Shown in pieces: positions 34,671 through 47,264 of a DNA stretch of 64,000 nucleotides (position 1 is the first letter of the stretch; every line of letters begins with the position of its first letter). The notes beneath the pieces are model-generated. The model was not told the DNA's origin. It ran no database searches and saw only the letters and a list, made by a program, of their open reading frames with translations. The stretch lies in the NCBI GenBank assembly GCA_963575745.1, contig CAUYUJ010000011.1, positions 1-64,000 of the forward strand, written 5' to 3'. The translations under genes and the position numbers were made by a program. This DNA comes from Prorocentrum cordatum. Taxonomy: Eukaryota.

Positions 34671-37379
34671 GGGCGCGGTTCCTTGAAACATCAGCACACG
34701 CTTGCCCGAGCCTTTCCCAGAAGTCGCCCCCGGGGGCGGCGCGCCAAAAAAGGAATCTGCGAAGTACCCCCAGAAGGTGAGCAAACCCAAAACACTTGTA
34801 GGTTGCCCCCGACAGGCGGGAGCCCCCCAAAGGGGGCGGTCTCCCCCCCCCCCCGAGGGTCGAGGATCGAGCGCGATTTCGCTGTCGGGCGACAAGCGAA
34901 CGTACCGCGACAGGACAGGGCCTTTTGGCAGCCCCCCCGCTGGCGGGCAGGGGGCCGCCGCCTGGCGCCCTAGGTTCTTCAGAAACCAAACCTGATGCGG
35001 CCGCCCCCCGCCCCCCGGGGCCCCTCCGGGCCCGGCCCGACGGAGGCGCCACTCCCCTTCCGTTTCTCTTTCCTCCTCCCACCTCTCTCCACCTCCTCTC
35101 CTCTTCCACGCGCCCTCATTATTCCAGCCTCCCTCCACCTCCCCCCCCCGGAAACGCCACCTCCCCCCTACCCGCCTTCTGGAGCCCCCCACCCTCCCGT
35201 TTCTGACCTTCTTAACCTTCCTGGTCCTCCCTCTCGCCCCCCCCCCCTCTCCCTTGCTCGGGCCCGCGGCCCTCGCCCCGCCCTCCATGCCCCACTTCCC
35301 GCTGTGGTCAGACCAAGGGGGAAACGCAATGCCCCCAGATCTCAGGACGGAGGTGGTTTAGAGCGCTTCCTGTTCCAACAACCCCCAGTCTTCCCTTCGG
35401 GGATGGATGCGCCCCTCCCCCCCCTCCTTCCGGGGCCTGCAATGGGGGGCGGCGGATCGGTGGAGCGCCCGGGACGGTCAAAGATAGAGCCGGCATGACC
35501 TCGCAGAATGCAACGCGGTCTCACAGATGGTTCAAGATAGCCCAAGATGGATCAACATTGTTTCCCGCATGCTCCAAGAAACCCAAATACCGCTCCGAGA
35601 CCGCCCCAAGCGGCCGCGGAGCCACCCAATAACACCCCCGAGAAGCCGAAATCTTTCCAAATCGTACGAGACACGAATGAATTGGGCCTTTTGGTCCATG
35701 CGCTTCCGAAGACTTTGGAAGCCTGAAGATAAGCCCCGAAGGAGTCCAGAAGAACCCAAGACAGCGCACTTCACGAATTACTCGGCTGGCTTGCTAGCAG
35801 AAGCCGCGCCTTGCCGGCGGCATTCCAGCATTTCCCCGAGAAGCTTGTTTGGAAAATATCATTACTGACCCGATCCCGACAAGTTACTTTTGATATTGTG
35901 TTCCCGGCAACCTTTCCTGGAAAGCTACTTTTGCACATGAATGTCGCATTCCTTTCCCCTGAAAGTTTCTCGCGGCAATCGGTTTCGCCATCCTTTCCCT
36001 TCGAGTTACCTGCGCCGACCACTGTTGCCAGGCGCGCTGCAGACCTACTTCGCCGACCTACTTCAGGAGCTACTCTAAACCTACTTCATTTGTTTTGCGC
36101 CTCAAACAAGCCCTGCATTCAAAGGGAAGTCTCGGAGGGAGGGAGGAGGAGGAGGAGGAGGAGGAGGAGGAGGAGGAGGAGGAGGAGGACGAGGAGGAGG
36201 AAGAAGGGGAGGGGGAGGAGGAGGAGGTCCTCCCCAGGGGCAGCCTTCCGCCCCGGATCCGTCTCCGACGGAGGAGGAGGAGCAGCAGGAGAACGCCAAA
36301 GAGGTAAGGCCGGGCATCGAATCGAAATGAAACCCAAGGGCCAAAGGAATGTGGCATCGCATGCCGCAAACCTTGATGGGATGACTGCGACGGTTGGCGA
36401 TGTTTTTTTTTCTCACGTTGCGCATTGGGAACACAACAGCCCTAGGAGGCAGGCCGGTTCAAGGTCCCACCTCTTTTTGTTATGTTTTTTGGTTAGGGGC
36501 TGCTCTTTAAAATGCGGGTGATGCTCCGCGCCGCCATCACAAAACAAAGCTACGCGCACGCACCCATCAGAAAGAGGCACGGGGTGAACAAGTGGAGGCG
36601 AATATGGGAGAGCGCGCTCAACGGGAACAAGGCACCCGAACAAAACCCTTCACGCATTGGATCGTTTCGAAAAGCAGCTGTCGCCGTAACGCCGCGCATG
36701 TTTGTTTTGAAAGGGTCCAGCAGTGGCACGGATGGACGGCGGTGCTGTTTGAAAGCGCAGCTCTCGCGTTAGCGGCGCGCACAGTCGGTTGAACAAATGC
36801 AACAATCGCACGGGTTCGTACGGTTGAACCCTCCAGGCATGGTGCCTTGGAACGAGTTCCCATTGACAGGATGGAAATGTCCCAAGGATGCGAAGGGTGT
36901 ACGTTTCCAGGCATGGGATTATGGTGGGAATTAAGGTATCAGGACGGAACCGTCCCAATGAGTCGTGGGGTTCAAGTCCTCAGAATTCCAATTCTGATTG
37001 TGTGCGGAACGGGGTTCGCCCGTGCGACGTCGTGAAGTGATACTACTAGGGCTACCGAAAGGAGCATTCTTCGGCCGATAAGGGTTATTTCTTGGGGAAA
37101 GGTCAAGGGGGCGGTCGATTTGCGATGGCTCTTGGTTCTGTGGTGGTGTCTTCGTGCCTAGCATTGTCGCGCACATCTGCCCGTCTGTCTATCTTTGTAT
37201 ATATCGGTTTCCCTTTGTATCTATTGTTCGAAATCCCTATCGTACTACGTATATGTATCAATATATATATATATATATGTATATATGGACAGCCCCCCCC
37301 CAGCGCCCATTCTTGGCCTCTGGTGCTTTGGCAATGTTATACGCTCCTCTTCCTTTCCTCCTCTCTCTCTCTCTCTCCC

Positions 37380-37417
<38 letters not shown>

Positions 37418-37419
37418 CC

Positions 37420-39110
37420 CCCCTGTGCGCTTCAGAAGAAGAGGAGGACGACGAGGAGAAGGAGGAGGAGGATGAGGAGGAGGGGGAGGAGCTGGAGGAG
37501 GAGAAGGAGGAGGGGGAGGAAGAGCAAGAGCGACAGAGAGGAACACAGAGAGGGACACAGAGAGAGACTGAGGGAGAGGTAGAGAAAGGTGGAGAGAGAG
37601 AGAGAGAGAGTTGAGGGAGCAGCGATCCCTGTAGAATCACAGGGTTAGCGTCGTCAGGGGTCGCCCAAACCCTGTGTTTTCATTTGGATGTTTGGGATTT
37701 CTGGGATGAGAATCAAGGAAACCATGTGTTTTCATTGAGTTTTTTTTGGATTGTTGGGATTTTCTCTTCCCAGAGAATAACAACCCAGGAGCCTCCGAAG
37801 CTTCAGAACCTTAGAAATCCCAACAATCCCAAACACCCAAATGAAAACACATGGTTTCCTTGATTCTCATTCCAGAAATCCCCAACATCCAAATGAAAAC
37901 ACAGGGCTTGGCGACCCCTGACGTCGCTAATCCTGTGATTCCGCAGCGATCGCTGCTCCCTCAACTCTCCCTCTCTCTCTCTCTCTTTCTCTCCCCCCCC
38001 CTGTGCGCTTCAGAAGAAGAGGAGGACGACGAGGAGAAGGAGGAGGAGGAGGAGGAGGAGGAGGAGCTGGAGGAGGAGAAGGAGGAGGGAGAGGAAGAGC
38101 AAGAGCGACAGAGAGATGAACACAGAGAGGGACACAGAGAGAGACGGAGGGAGAGGTAGAGAAAGGTGGGGAGAGAGAGAGAGAGAGAGAGAGAGAGTTG
38201 AGGGAGCAGCGATCCCTGTGGAATCGCAGGGTTAGCGTCGTCAGGGGTCGCCAAACCCTGTGTTTTCATTTGGATGTTTTGGATTTCTGGGATGAGAATC
38301 ATGGAAACCATGCATTTGCATTGGGATTGTTGGGATGCTTTGGACTTTCTCTTTCCAGAGAATAACAACCCAGGAGCCTCCGAAGCTTCAGAACCTTAGA
38401 AATCCCAGCAATCCCAAACATCCAAATGAAAACACATGGTTTCCTTGATTCTCATCTCATAAATCGCAAACATCCCAATAGAAACACAGGGTTTGGCGAC
38501 CCCTGACGTCGCTAACCCTGTGATTCCACAGCGATCGCTGCTCCCTCAACTCGCCCTCCCCCTCTCTCTCTCTCTCCACCTGTGCGCTTCAGAAGAAGAG
38601 GAGGACGACGAGGAAAAGGAGGAGGAGGAGGAGGAGGAGGAGGAGCTGGGCCAGGAGGAGGAGAAGGAGGGGGAGAAAGAGCAAGAGCGACAAAGGAGAG
38701 GGACACACAGAGAGACTGAGGGAGAGGTAGAGGAAGGTGGAGAGAGAGAGAGAGTTGAGGGAACAGCGATCGCTGTGGAATCACAAGGTTAGCGTCGTCA
38801 TGGGTCGCCAAACCCTGTGTTGTCATTGGGATGTTGGTGATTTTTGGGATGAGAATGAAGGAAACCATGCGTTTTCATTTGGATGTTTGGGATTTGGGGG
38901 ATTTTCTCTTCCCAGAGAATAACAACCCAGGAGCCTCCGAAGCTTCAGAACCTTAGAAATCCCAGAGATCCCAAACATCCAAGTGAAAGCACATGGCTTC
39001 CTTGATTCTCATCCCAGAATCCCCAAAAACCCAAATGAAAACACAGGGTTTGGCGACCCCTGACGTCGCTAACCCTGTGATTCCACAGGGATCGCTGCTC
39101 CCTCAACTCT
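37420..39110. repeat. Tandem trimer (~560-590-bp period) of ~350-bp fold-back units (37611-37964, 38198-38549, 38755-39106)
   Basis: Each unit TTGAGGGA(G/A)CAGCGATC...GATCGCTGCTCCCTCAA has ~150-bp inverted arms around a conserved ~50-bp loop. Units are separated by a conserved GAG-rich linker. Confidence 0.93.
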
Positions 39111-39190
39111 CCCTCTCTCTCTCTCTCAGAAGTTGAGGTCAACGACCGATGCAAAATCGATGGGCGCTGGGGCTGGGGGGGGGGGGGGCT

Positions 39191-39194
<4 letters not shown>

Positions 39195-39239
<45 letters not shown>

Positions 39240-39387
39240 ATAGGGACATATATATATATATAGACGTGCTTCTAAACACATTTGTATATACAAATTTACA
39301 TATATATGTATGTATGTCTACATGATTATATATATATGTATATATGCACACATGTCTATAAACCGGTCGTTCAAAAAGGTAACCGTA

Positions 39388-39426
<39 letters not shown>
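39195..39426. repeat. (TA)n-rich microsatellite
   Basis: Direct inspection. Confidence 0.95.
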
Positions 39427-39429
<3 letters not shown>

Positions 39430-39489
39430 AATGTATGTTCACATCTACACTTCCGACTAATATGTTTGTATAGGTATATGTCAATCAAG

Positions 39490-40760
39490 ACATCCATCAG
39501 GACAACCATGCCGGCACCCATGAGGGCAACCATCGGGGCAAGCAACGGGACAACCAGGAGTACAAAATCGGGAAAACCATCGGGGCAAACATCGGGACAA
39601 CCATCGATACAAACGTCGGAACAGCCATCGGGGGAACCATCGGGGCAACCACCCGGACAACCATCGGGGCAACAAACAGGACAACCATCGTGACAACCAT
39701 CGGGACAAGCATCGGGACAACACCTATCAATCGGGACAACTATCGGGAGAACCATCACGTCGGGACAACCGTCGGGCTAACCATCGGGACAACCATCGGG
39801 ACAACCATCCAGGCAACCATCGGGACAACCATCGGAACAATCTGCGGGACCCATCTGGACAATCATCGGATCAACCATTGGGACATTCATCGGGAGAGCC
39901 GTTGGGGCAACCATCCGAAACAACCGCCGTCGGGACAACCATCGGGAGAACAATCGGGAGAACCTTCGGGACAACCAGTGGGACAAACATCGGGCAAATC
40001 TTCGGGACAATCATCGGGACATTCTTAAGGGCACCCATCGGGACAACCATTGGGACAACCACTGGGGCAACCACCGGGACAACCATCGGGACAACCATCG
40101 GGGCAATCATTGGGACAGCCATCGGGGCACCCCCTATTTATATGGACAACCATCAGGAGAACCGTCACATCGGGACCATCGTTGTGTCCAACCATCGGGA
40201 GAACCATCGGGGAAACCATCGGGACAAACATCGGGACAACCACCGGGATAACCATCGGGACAACCATCGGGGCAACCACCATCCATCAGGACAACCATCG
40301 GGGCAGCCATCAAATCGGAACAGTCATTGGGCCAACCATCGGGAGAAACATCGGGCATGCCGTCGGGGCAAACAACCAGGCAACCATCGGGACAAGCGTC
40401 GGGACAATCATCGGGGCAACCGTCGGGGCCACCTTCGGGACAACGATCGGGACAACGATCGGGACAACCATCGGGCCAACCATCGGATCAACCATCGGGA
40501 GAACCTTCGGGGCAACCATCAATAGAATCACCAGGACAACCATCGGGACAACAATCGCCATCGGCAGAACCACTGGGACAACATTCGGGACAACCTCAGG
40601 ACGACCATCGGGACGCCCGTCGGAACAACCATCGGGACAAACATCGGGGCAACCATCGGCGCCCATCGGGGGAACCATCGGGAGAACCGTCGGGAGAAAC
40701 ATTGGGGCAACCATCGGAGCAACCATCGGGGCAGCCATCGGGAAAACATCGGCACAACCT
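39490..40760 (+). repeat. 12-bp minisatellite (ACAACCATCGGG)n, degenerate
   Basis: Direct inspection. Confidence 0.95.
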
Positions 40761-41065
40761 GGAAGGCGCGCTTGGGGGGGCGACCTTTAGGGCTCCATGG
40801 GCACGAACCAAAACCGAAACCGATGTTCCAGTTGGAATCGCTTCCGTTTACATTCCTTCCAACCGCCGATGTACACTCATGAAGGACGGCCCCGTATTAG
40901 AACGGCACGGGCCCAGCAGCGGCGGTGGCTGAGGACGGGCCGCGGTTGGATGGCGGAGTGCAAGAAGGATGTAAGAGGGCGGGGCAGAGACGAGAATCAG
41001 AGGGTGGAAGAGGGGCAAGCACTCGGGAGGCGCGACCAAGACAGGAGAGTTGCGTCGGGGCGGGT

Positions 41066-42802
41066 TCACTCTGCGATGCTCGCGGGGCCACAGAACGTCT
41101 TGTGGATCCGCTTGGCGGTGGGCCCGAAGAAGTCGCTGAGGTCGTCGTCGGCCTTGCGCTTGGCGCGCGTGAGGCGGTTGGTGAAGACGTCTGTCGCCGC
41201 GGCAATTTCTGTCGTGAACGCGTCGGGGTCGATGCCGGGCGCAAGCTTCCACATGTCGGCGACAGTGAGCTCGGAGTCCGTCGCGTTGACGAAAGTGACC
41301 AAGCATAAACGCCCGGTCCTTTTTGGTCAAGGCGTGCCGGCCCAGACGCCTTGTCGGACAAGCCGTGGTCACCTTCCAGGCAGTCTTCTGCTCGGCGTCG
41401 GTCTCCGCTACGTCTGTGACGTAGTTGGTGATGGCGAAGCCGTCGTCGCGCGGGGTGGCATCTGGGTCCTTCGCGGCCTCGACGAGTAGGATGGCCCCGC
41501 TGGTCAGGAACCGCGCAGGGCCGATAGTGACGCAGAGCTTCCCCGTGGCACTCATCGAAATGGAGCGGGCTGTAGTCGGGCCAAGGCAGCTGTCGTTCTG
41601 CGGGGCGAGCAGTGGCGCGGTGACGTCGAAAAGGCAAGGCTCTGCACACACGATAGCAAGGCGCGGTTCGTTAACCTGGTCGCCCTTGGCGCCAGGGGAG
41701 GCAGCCAGCGTTGCGCGGACGCGTGCCCGAGACCACGTCATGGACCCTTGCGCGACCTCGTCTTGGAACTCGGCCTTGTCAGCGCACCCCGTCAACGCGA
41801 GGGCAGCCGCCTCCGTGATCTTAGCGTCGACCGAGCCGGTGTAGTCGGACATGCGCACGGACGCCCACGCGCGGTCCCCGGCCTTGGTCAGCAAGTTCTC
41901 CGTGTCGCTGAGGGAAAAGGATGCGGCGGGGATTTCGAACAGCTTATCCGGAGCCACGGCCTTGCTGTGTAAGAGCATGTCCAGAATTGCCGACGTGGAA
42001 CTCACGGCGGGCCCATCTTTGTAGTTCGTGGAGTCGCACGCCGAGAGGCTGGTCAGGTCGTCCTTGGCGATGTCTCGGACGCCAGCGGCAAGCATCACTG
42101 CCACTTTGGGAGAGGAGCCTGTGGGCTGGGTGAAAATGGTGGAGCTGCGCACTGTGAGGTGGGCGCCGCCGTTGTCGGACTTCACAAGGTACGCACCGAA
42201 AATGTAGACAGGCTCCTTGTTGTGAAGCTGCTGTGCCTGCGGGACGGACTCCTCCCAAAACTTCAGGGCGATGGCGTTTTGGATGCATCGCACACGGAGG
42301 ACACCACCAATTTCTTGCCCTTGAATGTGCCTTCGGTGGAGATGTCGGTAACGAAGCCGTAGAGGTCAACTGCTTGGTCCTGGGACAGTTCAAATACGTC
42401 GTGAATGCCCATGGAGGGCTCCACTTCGTTTGGCAACTTGTTCGCCTGCTGGGGCGGCAAAACTTTGGCGACCATGGTTTTGTTGGTCAGCTGCAAGACG
42501 CAGGGGTGCGGACTGCCGTGGAAGGCGTCTTTCTTGCGCACCATCGTCAACTTGGATAGAGCCCACGACGACCTGGGGGTCCACTTATCCGTCAGAGCTT
42601 TGGTTGTCCGGGCGCGCGCCGCGGGGGTGTCGCCCCAGACCATCTGCTCGGCGATGTAGTAAAATCCTGATTCACTGACCAGCACGCAAGTGAAGACGTC
42701 TGCGTTCTTTTGGGTTGTGTGCACCTTGGGGTTGAACACGCGCACGTGCACAACCTTGGTCCCGCAGTTGCGTTTGCTCACGGTCTCCAGCTTGTCCGCC
42801 AT
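41066..42802 (-). pseudogene. RPA1/RPA70-like multi-OB-fold ssDNA-binding protein, intronless, two frameshifts
   Basis: ATG 42802 (GCCATGG). VHVRVFNP..VFTCVLVSESG (DBD-A-like); AVDLYGFVTDIS..VCDAS / IALKFWEE..PVYIFGA..LTVRSSTIFTQP (DBD-B-like); VRMSDYTGSVDAKITEAAALALTG (DBD-C-like). Frame changes near 42280 and 41305. Confidence 0.75.
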
Positions 42803-42819
42803 GGCAAGGTAACCGCTGG

Positions 42820-43320
42820 GGAGCGGCCCTGACGAGGAAGCAGGTGGCAGCGCGGGGTTGCGGAAACAAAAATGGTGCGCGCAAGACGGACGGCCACGCG
42901 ACACGAAGCATTTGAACCATGGGGTCAGCGGGTCATCTTGCATGAGGTTAGTTAGGCCTTCCGCGCGCCTCCGAGGTCAAGGCTGAGGGGATGTCTCTTG
43001 CGAGCGTAGTAAAAATATTTCCAGTAGGAGTTGTATTAGTAGCAGTGGTAATAGTCGTCGTCGTAGAAGTAATAGTAATAGGATTAGTAGTAGTAGTAGC
43101 AGTAGTAGTCGTAGTCGTCGTCGTGGTAGTAATCGTAGCAGGCGTAGTCAGAGTTGTAGTTGTCGTGGTCGTAGGCATACGAGTAGCATCAATCGTATGA
43201 GTATGGTCGCAATAGTAGTGGTAGTAGTCGTACTTGCTGTAGGTGTTGGAGTGGCATCGGTATGGGTACTGTTAGTGGTAGTGGTCGTAGTAGTAGTAAT
43301 GGTAGGGTGTAGTAGTAATC

Positions 43321-43378
<58 letters not shown>

Positions 43379-43434
43379 TAGTTGTAAAAGTAAGGGTTGT
43401 TGTAAAAATAGTAGTAGCAGTAGCAGTAGCACTG

Positions 43435-43471
<37 letters not shown>

Positions 43472-43481
43472 CAGTAGTAGC

Positions 43482-43547
<66 letters not shown>

Positions 43548-43970
43548 CGTAATAATAGTAGTCGTAGTGTTCGTAGTAGTAGAGGTAGGTGTACTAGACA
43601 GAGGAGGAGAGCTACTAGTAGTATTAGTAAGAATAACAGTAGTAGAAGTGGTCGTATGAGCGGCCCTGACGACGAAGCAGGTGGCAGCGCGGGGTTGCGG
43701 AAGCAAGAACGGTGCGCGCAAAACGGGCGGCCACGCGACACGGGGCATTTGGGCCATGCGGTCAGCGGGTCATCTTGCATGAGGTCATTTGGGCCTTCCG
43801 CGCGTCTCCGAAGTCAAGACTGAGGGGATGTCTCCAGCGAGCTTAGTCAAAATAGTTCTTGTAGGAATTGTAGTAGTAGCAGTGGTAGTAGTAGTCGTCG
43901 TAATCGTAATAATAATATGAGTAGTAGTAGCAGTAGTAGTCGTAGTCGTCGTCGTGGTAGTAATCGTAGC
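42820..43970. repeat. Tandem duplication of the region upstream of the RPA-like gene (42820-~43130, 43658-~43970) with (GTA)n tracts
   Basis: GAGCGGCCCTGACGAnGAAGCAGGTGGCAGCGCGGGGTTGCGGAA...CTGAGGGGATGTCTC in both copies. Confidence 0.9.
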
Positions 43971-44215
43971 GGTAGGGGGGGAAGGGGGGGGTTCATCGGG
44001 TCCACCCTTTCTCCCCCCCCCCCGGGACTCCCAAACCGCCCCCAAACGGGCCAAAAGGGGCCCAGGAGGCCACCAAGACGGTCCAGGAGGCGCCCGAAAA
44101 CGCCCAAGAGCGCTCCTGGACGCCCAAGATGGCCTGAAGACGGCCCAAGAGGCGTCCAAGACGCCTCAAGGAGATTCCAAGAGGACCCCCAAGAGGGCCC
44201 CAAGAGGGTACAAAA

Positions 44216-45047
44216 ATCCGCCGACCCCTTGGGGTTCATCGGCGTGTGAGATCTTCCCCCTCCCCAAACCCCTCCCCCGGGAGCCCGGTCCGGTCGATTT
44301 GGAGGGGGGGGGTCTGTTCAAATTCCCCAGTTCCCCCGGGGGGGTCATCCGCTCCCGAAAATCCTGCAGGGACTCCTCCGGTGGCCTCGAAATGGCCCCG
44401 GGACGCACCACGACGGCCCAAGAGGACCTCCACGTGGCCTTCGGTGGCTCCAAGATTCCCCAATATGGGCTCAAAACATCCCACGATGCCTCCAAAACGC
44501 TCCAAGAGGCCCCGACGGGGCGCGCCAAGAAGGTCCAAAGCAGCGAAAATAATTCGTTTTCCGTGGGGAAACACACATTTCTAGCATCGACGACTTTTCA
44601 GCCTGCGCGGAGTTGCAGCCAGTCTAAGAGGCCCCCCAGGTTACCCCATGACGTCCCAAAGGGGCCCCAAAAAGCGCCCAAGACGGCCCAAAACGGCGCC
44701 AAGACGGCCCCAAAAGCTCCCGAATCGGCCCAAAAGATCCCAAGACGGCTCCTAGAGGGACCCCAGCGGCGGAGCCCGAACCGAAAATCCGAGCCCTCCG
44801 CTCCCACCTGGCCCTGGGGCACCCCACGAGCCGCCCAAAAAGTCCCAAGAGACCCCCAAAAAACCTCCAAAAAGCGTCCGAGAGGCCCAAAAGAGGCCCC
44901 AAGAGGTCCCAAAACGGCTATCAGTGAACTTCGAAACTACCTCCACGAAGCCTGCGAGATGCCTCCCCGGAGATCCCAGCGAACATCGCACAAGCCTCAG
45001 ACCCACAACCCGGGCACGGTGGCGTGACATGCCGATTGTAAGTAGAT
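44216..45047 (+). mobile_element. Putative non-autonomous element, copy 1 (5' hairpin head, CCAAGA-rich body, conserved 3' motif)
   Basis: Head ATCCGCCGACCCCTTGGGGTTCATCGGCGTGTGAGAT is shared with 46458. Tail CCCGGGCACGGTGGCG-like is shared with ~47202 and ~55950. Confidence 0.5.
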
Positions 45048-45833
45048 CGTGTTTCCAGTTCCTCTCCCTCCTCCTCTTCAGCACCCTTCTCCTCTCTCAT
45101 CCCTCCGCCCTCCTCTTCCATTCTCTCCCTCTTGCATCCTCTCTTCCTTTCCCTCATCCTCTTTCCCCAGCCTTGCCCTCCTCCCCCCCATCCTCCTTCC
45201 TCCACCTACCCCTAGGTCCCGGCGGTCAGACTCCTCGCAACGGTAGTCTTCTCTTGCACGCGCCGCTCCTGTCGCCTTTTGATGATTCCCCACCTGCTGC
45301 TGCTGCAAATGTCTCGTGTCCGAGAACGCTCCTCCGCACGCCGCGCGCGTCACGTCGCACCTCGTTCTCTCGCCCCTCCGCGCATTTCCGACAGAGCCTC
45401 TCCCCCAATGAATTGTGCCTCTTCTGTGCACCCGACATTTCCGCCTGCTCTTTCAACAGCGTCAGACATGTCTTGCTCGAACGCATTTAAGGGGTCGGCG
45501 GATGTGGCGTAAGCCGAATCGGCGATTCCCCGGCGATGCGGCGCGATTCTCCGACCCCATCTGCTCGAACCCAATCTTGGAAGTCTAGATTATGGTGCCT
45601 AAGTAGGGAGCGCCCTGGCAAATACCTTCGGGCTGCCCACGGGAAGCGTTCCGGCACGTGCCTTCGGACGCATCGATTTTCTCCTACAATCGCGAAGAAT
45701 GCCCCGTGGTGAGACGAGGAGGACGCAGAGGCGGGGAAGCTGTGTGGAGGGAGGCGAGTAGAGCAAGGCCAGTGGCGAGATGGCACGGCGGCAGGACTTG
45801 CCGTGGGCCGCTTGATTGATGGCTCTGATTGCG

Positions 45834-46400
45834 CTAGTGCCCAGCTGCTGGAGGCGCCCACGGTATGCGCCTCGCCATCATGGTCCACACGCGCGCGGTC
45901 CACTCACGGTGGCTTTCAATATCTGGCAACGGCGGAGAAATAAGAGGCAATAGTGGCCAAACATATAAGATATGGTTAAGAGGGTCAATACCAAGGATGA
46001 AACTTATCACAATTGGCCAACACGTCGCAATACCTAAGCCCCTGGCTCCAAACTGCGACGATACACGCAAAGCCACAAGCTGCAAATCTAGGATCAACGC
46101 GCTCGCCTCGTCAAATTCCGCACGGCGCCTCTGCTCTGCTAAGTGCCGTAACTGTGTCGCAAGCTGGGTTGTAGTATGATCCCACTGCTGCAGAGCAAGT
46201 GTAGTCTCGTGGTACACTAGTGGACGCCACCTCTCCAATATCGCGAGAAACAAATCGCGTTCACCATTACGCAACAGCGCCCTGCGCAGCGGCAATCCTG
46301 GCCCAGGATCTGCGGTAGATCGCGGTGCTGCTGGAGGCAAACTAGGCAGTGAGATGCCGTCAGAATTTTCTGTTGTGATATTCCCCCAGTCACGAGCAGA
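45834..46400 (-). CDS. Possible hypothetical protein fragment (helical, unique sequence)
   Basis: Non-repetitive open frame LRRALLRNGERDLFLAILERWRPLVYHETT...; no recognisable motif, start uncertain. Confidence 0.25.
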   Translation of the reverse strand, partial: SARDWGNITTENSDGISLPSLPPAAPRSTADPGPGLPLRRALLRNGERDLFLAILERWRPLVYHETTLALQQWDHTTTQLATQLRHLAEQRRRAEFDEASALILDLQLVALRVSSQFGARGLGIATCWPIVISFILGIDPLNHILYVWPLLPLISPPLPDIESHREWTARVWTMMARRIPWAPPAAGH

Positions 46401-46457
46401 CGCGAGGCAACGTTGGCATCGCCATGCGCAGTTCAAGGATGACACCCCTGTGGGAAA

Positions 46458-47243
46458 ATCTGCCGACTTCTTGGGATCCATCGGCGTGTGAGATGCTTCC
46501 CCCTCCCCAGAACCCCTCCCCTGGGAGCCTGGTCCAGTTGACTTGGAAGGGGGGGTCCATCGGGGACCGCCCGAGCACATCACGGGGGTACGGAGGGCCC
46601 AAAAACATGCCAAGAGGGCCCCAAGAGGCCCTCCGGACGCTCCGAGAGAGCCACGAGCCGACGACAGATAGATCCAAAACGCTCACGCTGGCCTCTAGAC
46701 GGTCCAAGAGGCCCCCAAGACGCCACAAGAAGCCCCCAAGAGGCGTCTCAAGACGGCCTCAAAGAGCAAACATCGCCCCATTTTCTTAGACAACATGTAT
46801 GTTTCGCCTTTTGTGCATTGACACTGTCCAAGACGGCCCAAGAAACCTTCTAGATCGCCCCAAAACGTCCCAACAGGCCCCCACGAGGGCTCCCAGACGA
46901 CCTCAGAGGGCCCCAAGACCGCTCAAGAAACCTACAAAACGACCCAGGGGAGCCCCAGGACAGCGCCAAGAGGGGGCCCAGAGGGGGAACCCGAACGGAC
47001 ACTTCGAGCCTTCGACCCTAAAGCGCCCACCAGCTGCCCCACAAAGGCGCGAACAGGCCCCCAGAGAGCTCCAAAAGGCCCCACAAAAAAACCCAGGAGG
47101 CCCCCAGAGGGCCCTCAAGAGGTTCAAAAACTGCCTCCCAAACGCCCCCGGGACGCCTCCCACGAGACCCCATCTGCCATCCGAGTGGCCTCAGACCCGT
47201 AGCCCAGGCACTGTGCCGGGATGCTCCGAAGGCCTTTCGGTAA
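46458..47243 (+). mobile_element. Putative non-autonomous element, copy 2
   Basis: ~100-bp head homologous to 44216-44310; tail CCCAGGCACTGTGCCGGGATG. Confidence 0.5.
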
Positions 47244-47264
47244 TCATTCTTCTGGTATTGTGAC

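Noticed and set aside
39490..40790. GTTI/QPSG repeat-protein ORFs
   Set aside because: 12-bp minisatellite open in most frames on both strands.
42910..42935. Spliced-leader relic upstream of the RPA-like gene
   Set aside because: Only ~12/21 identity to DinoSL; not distinguishable from chance by eye.
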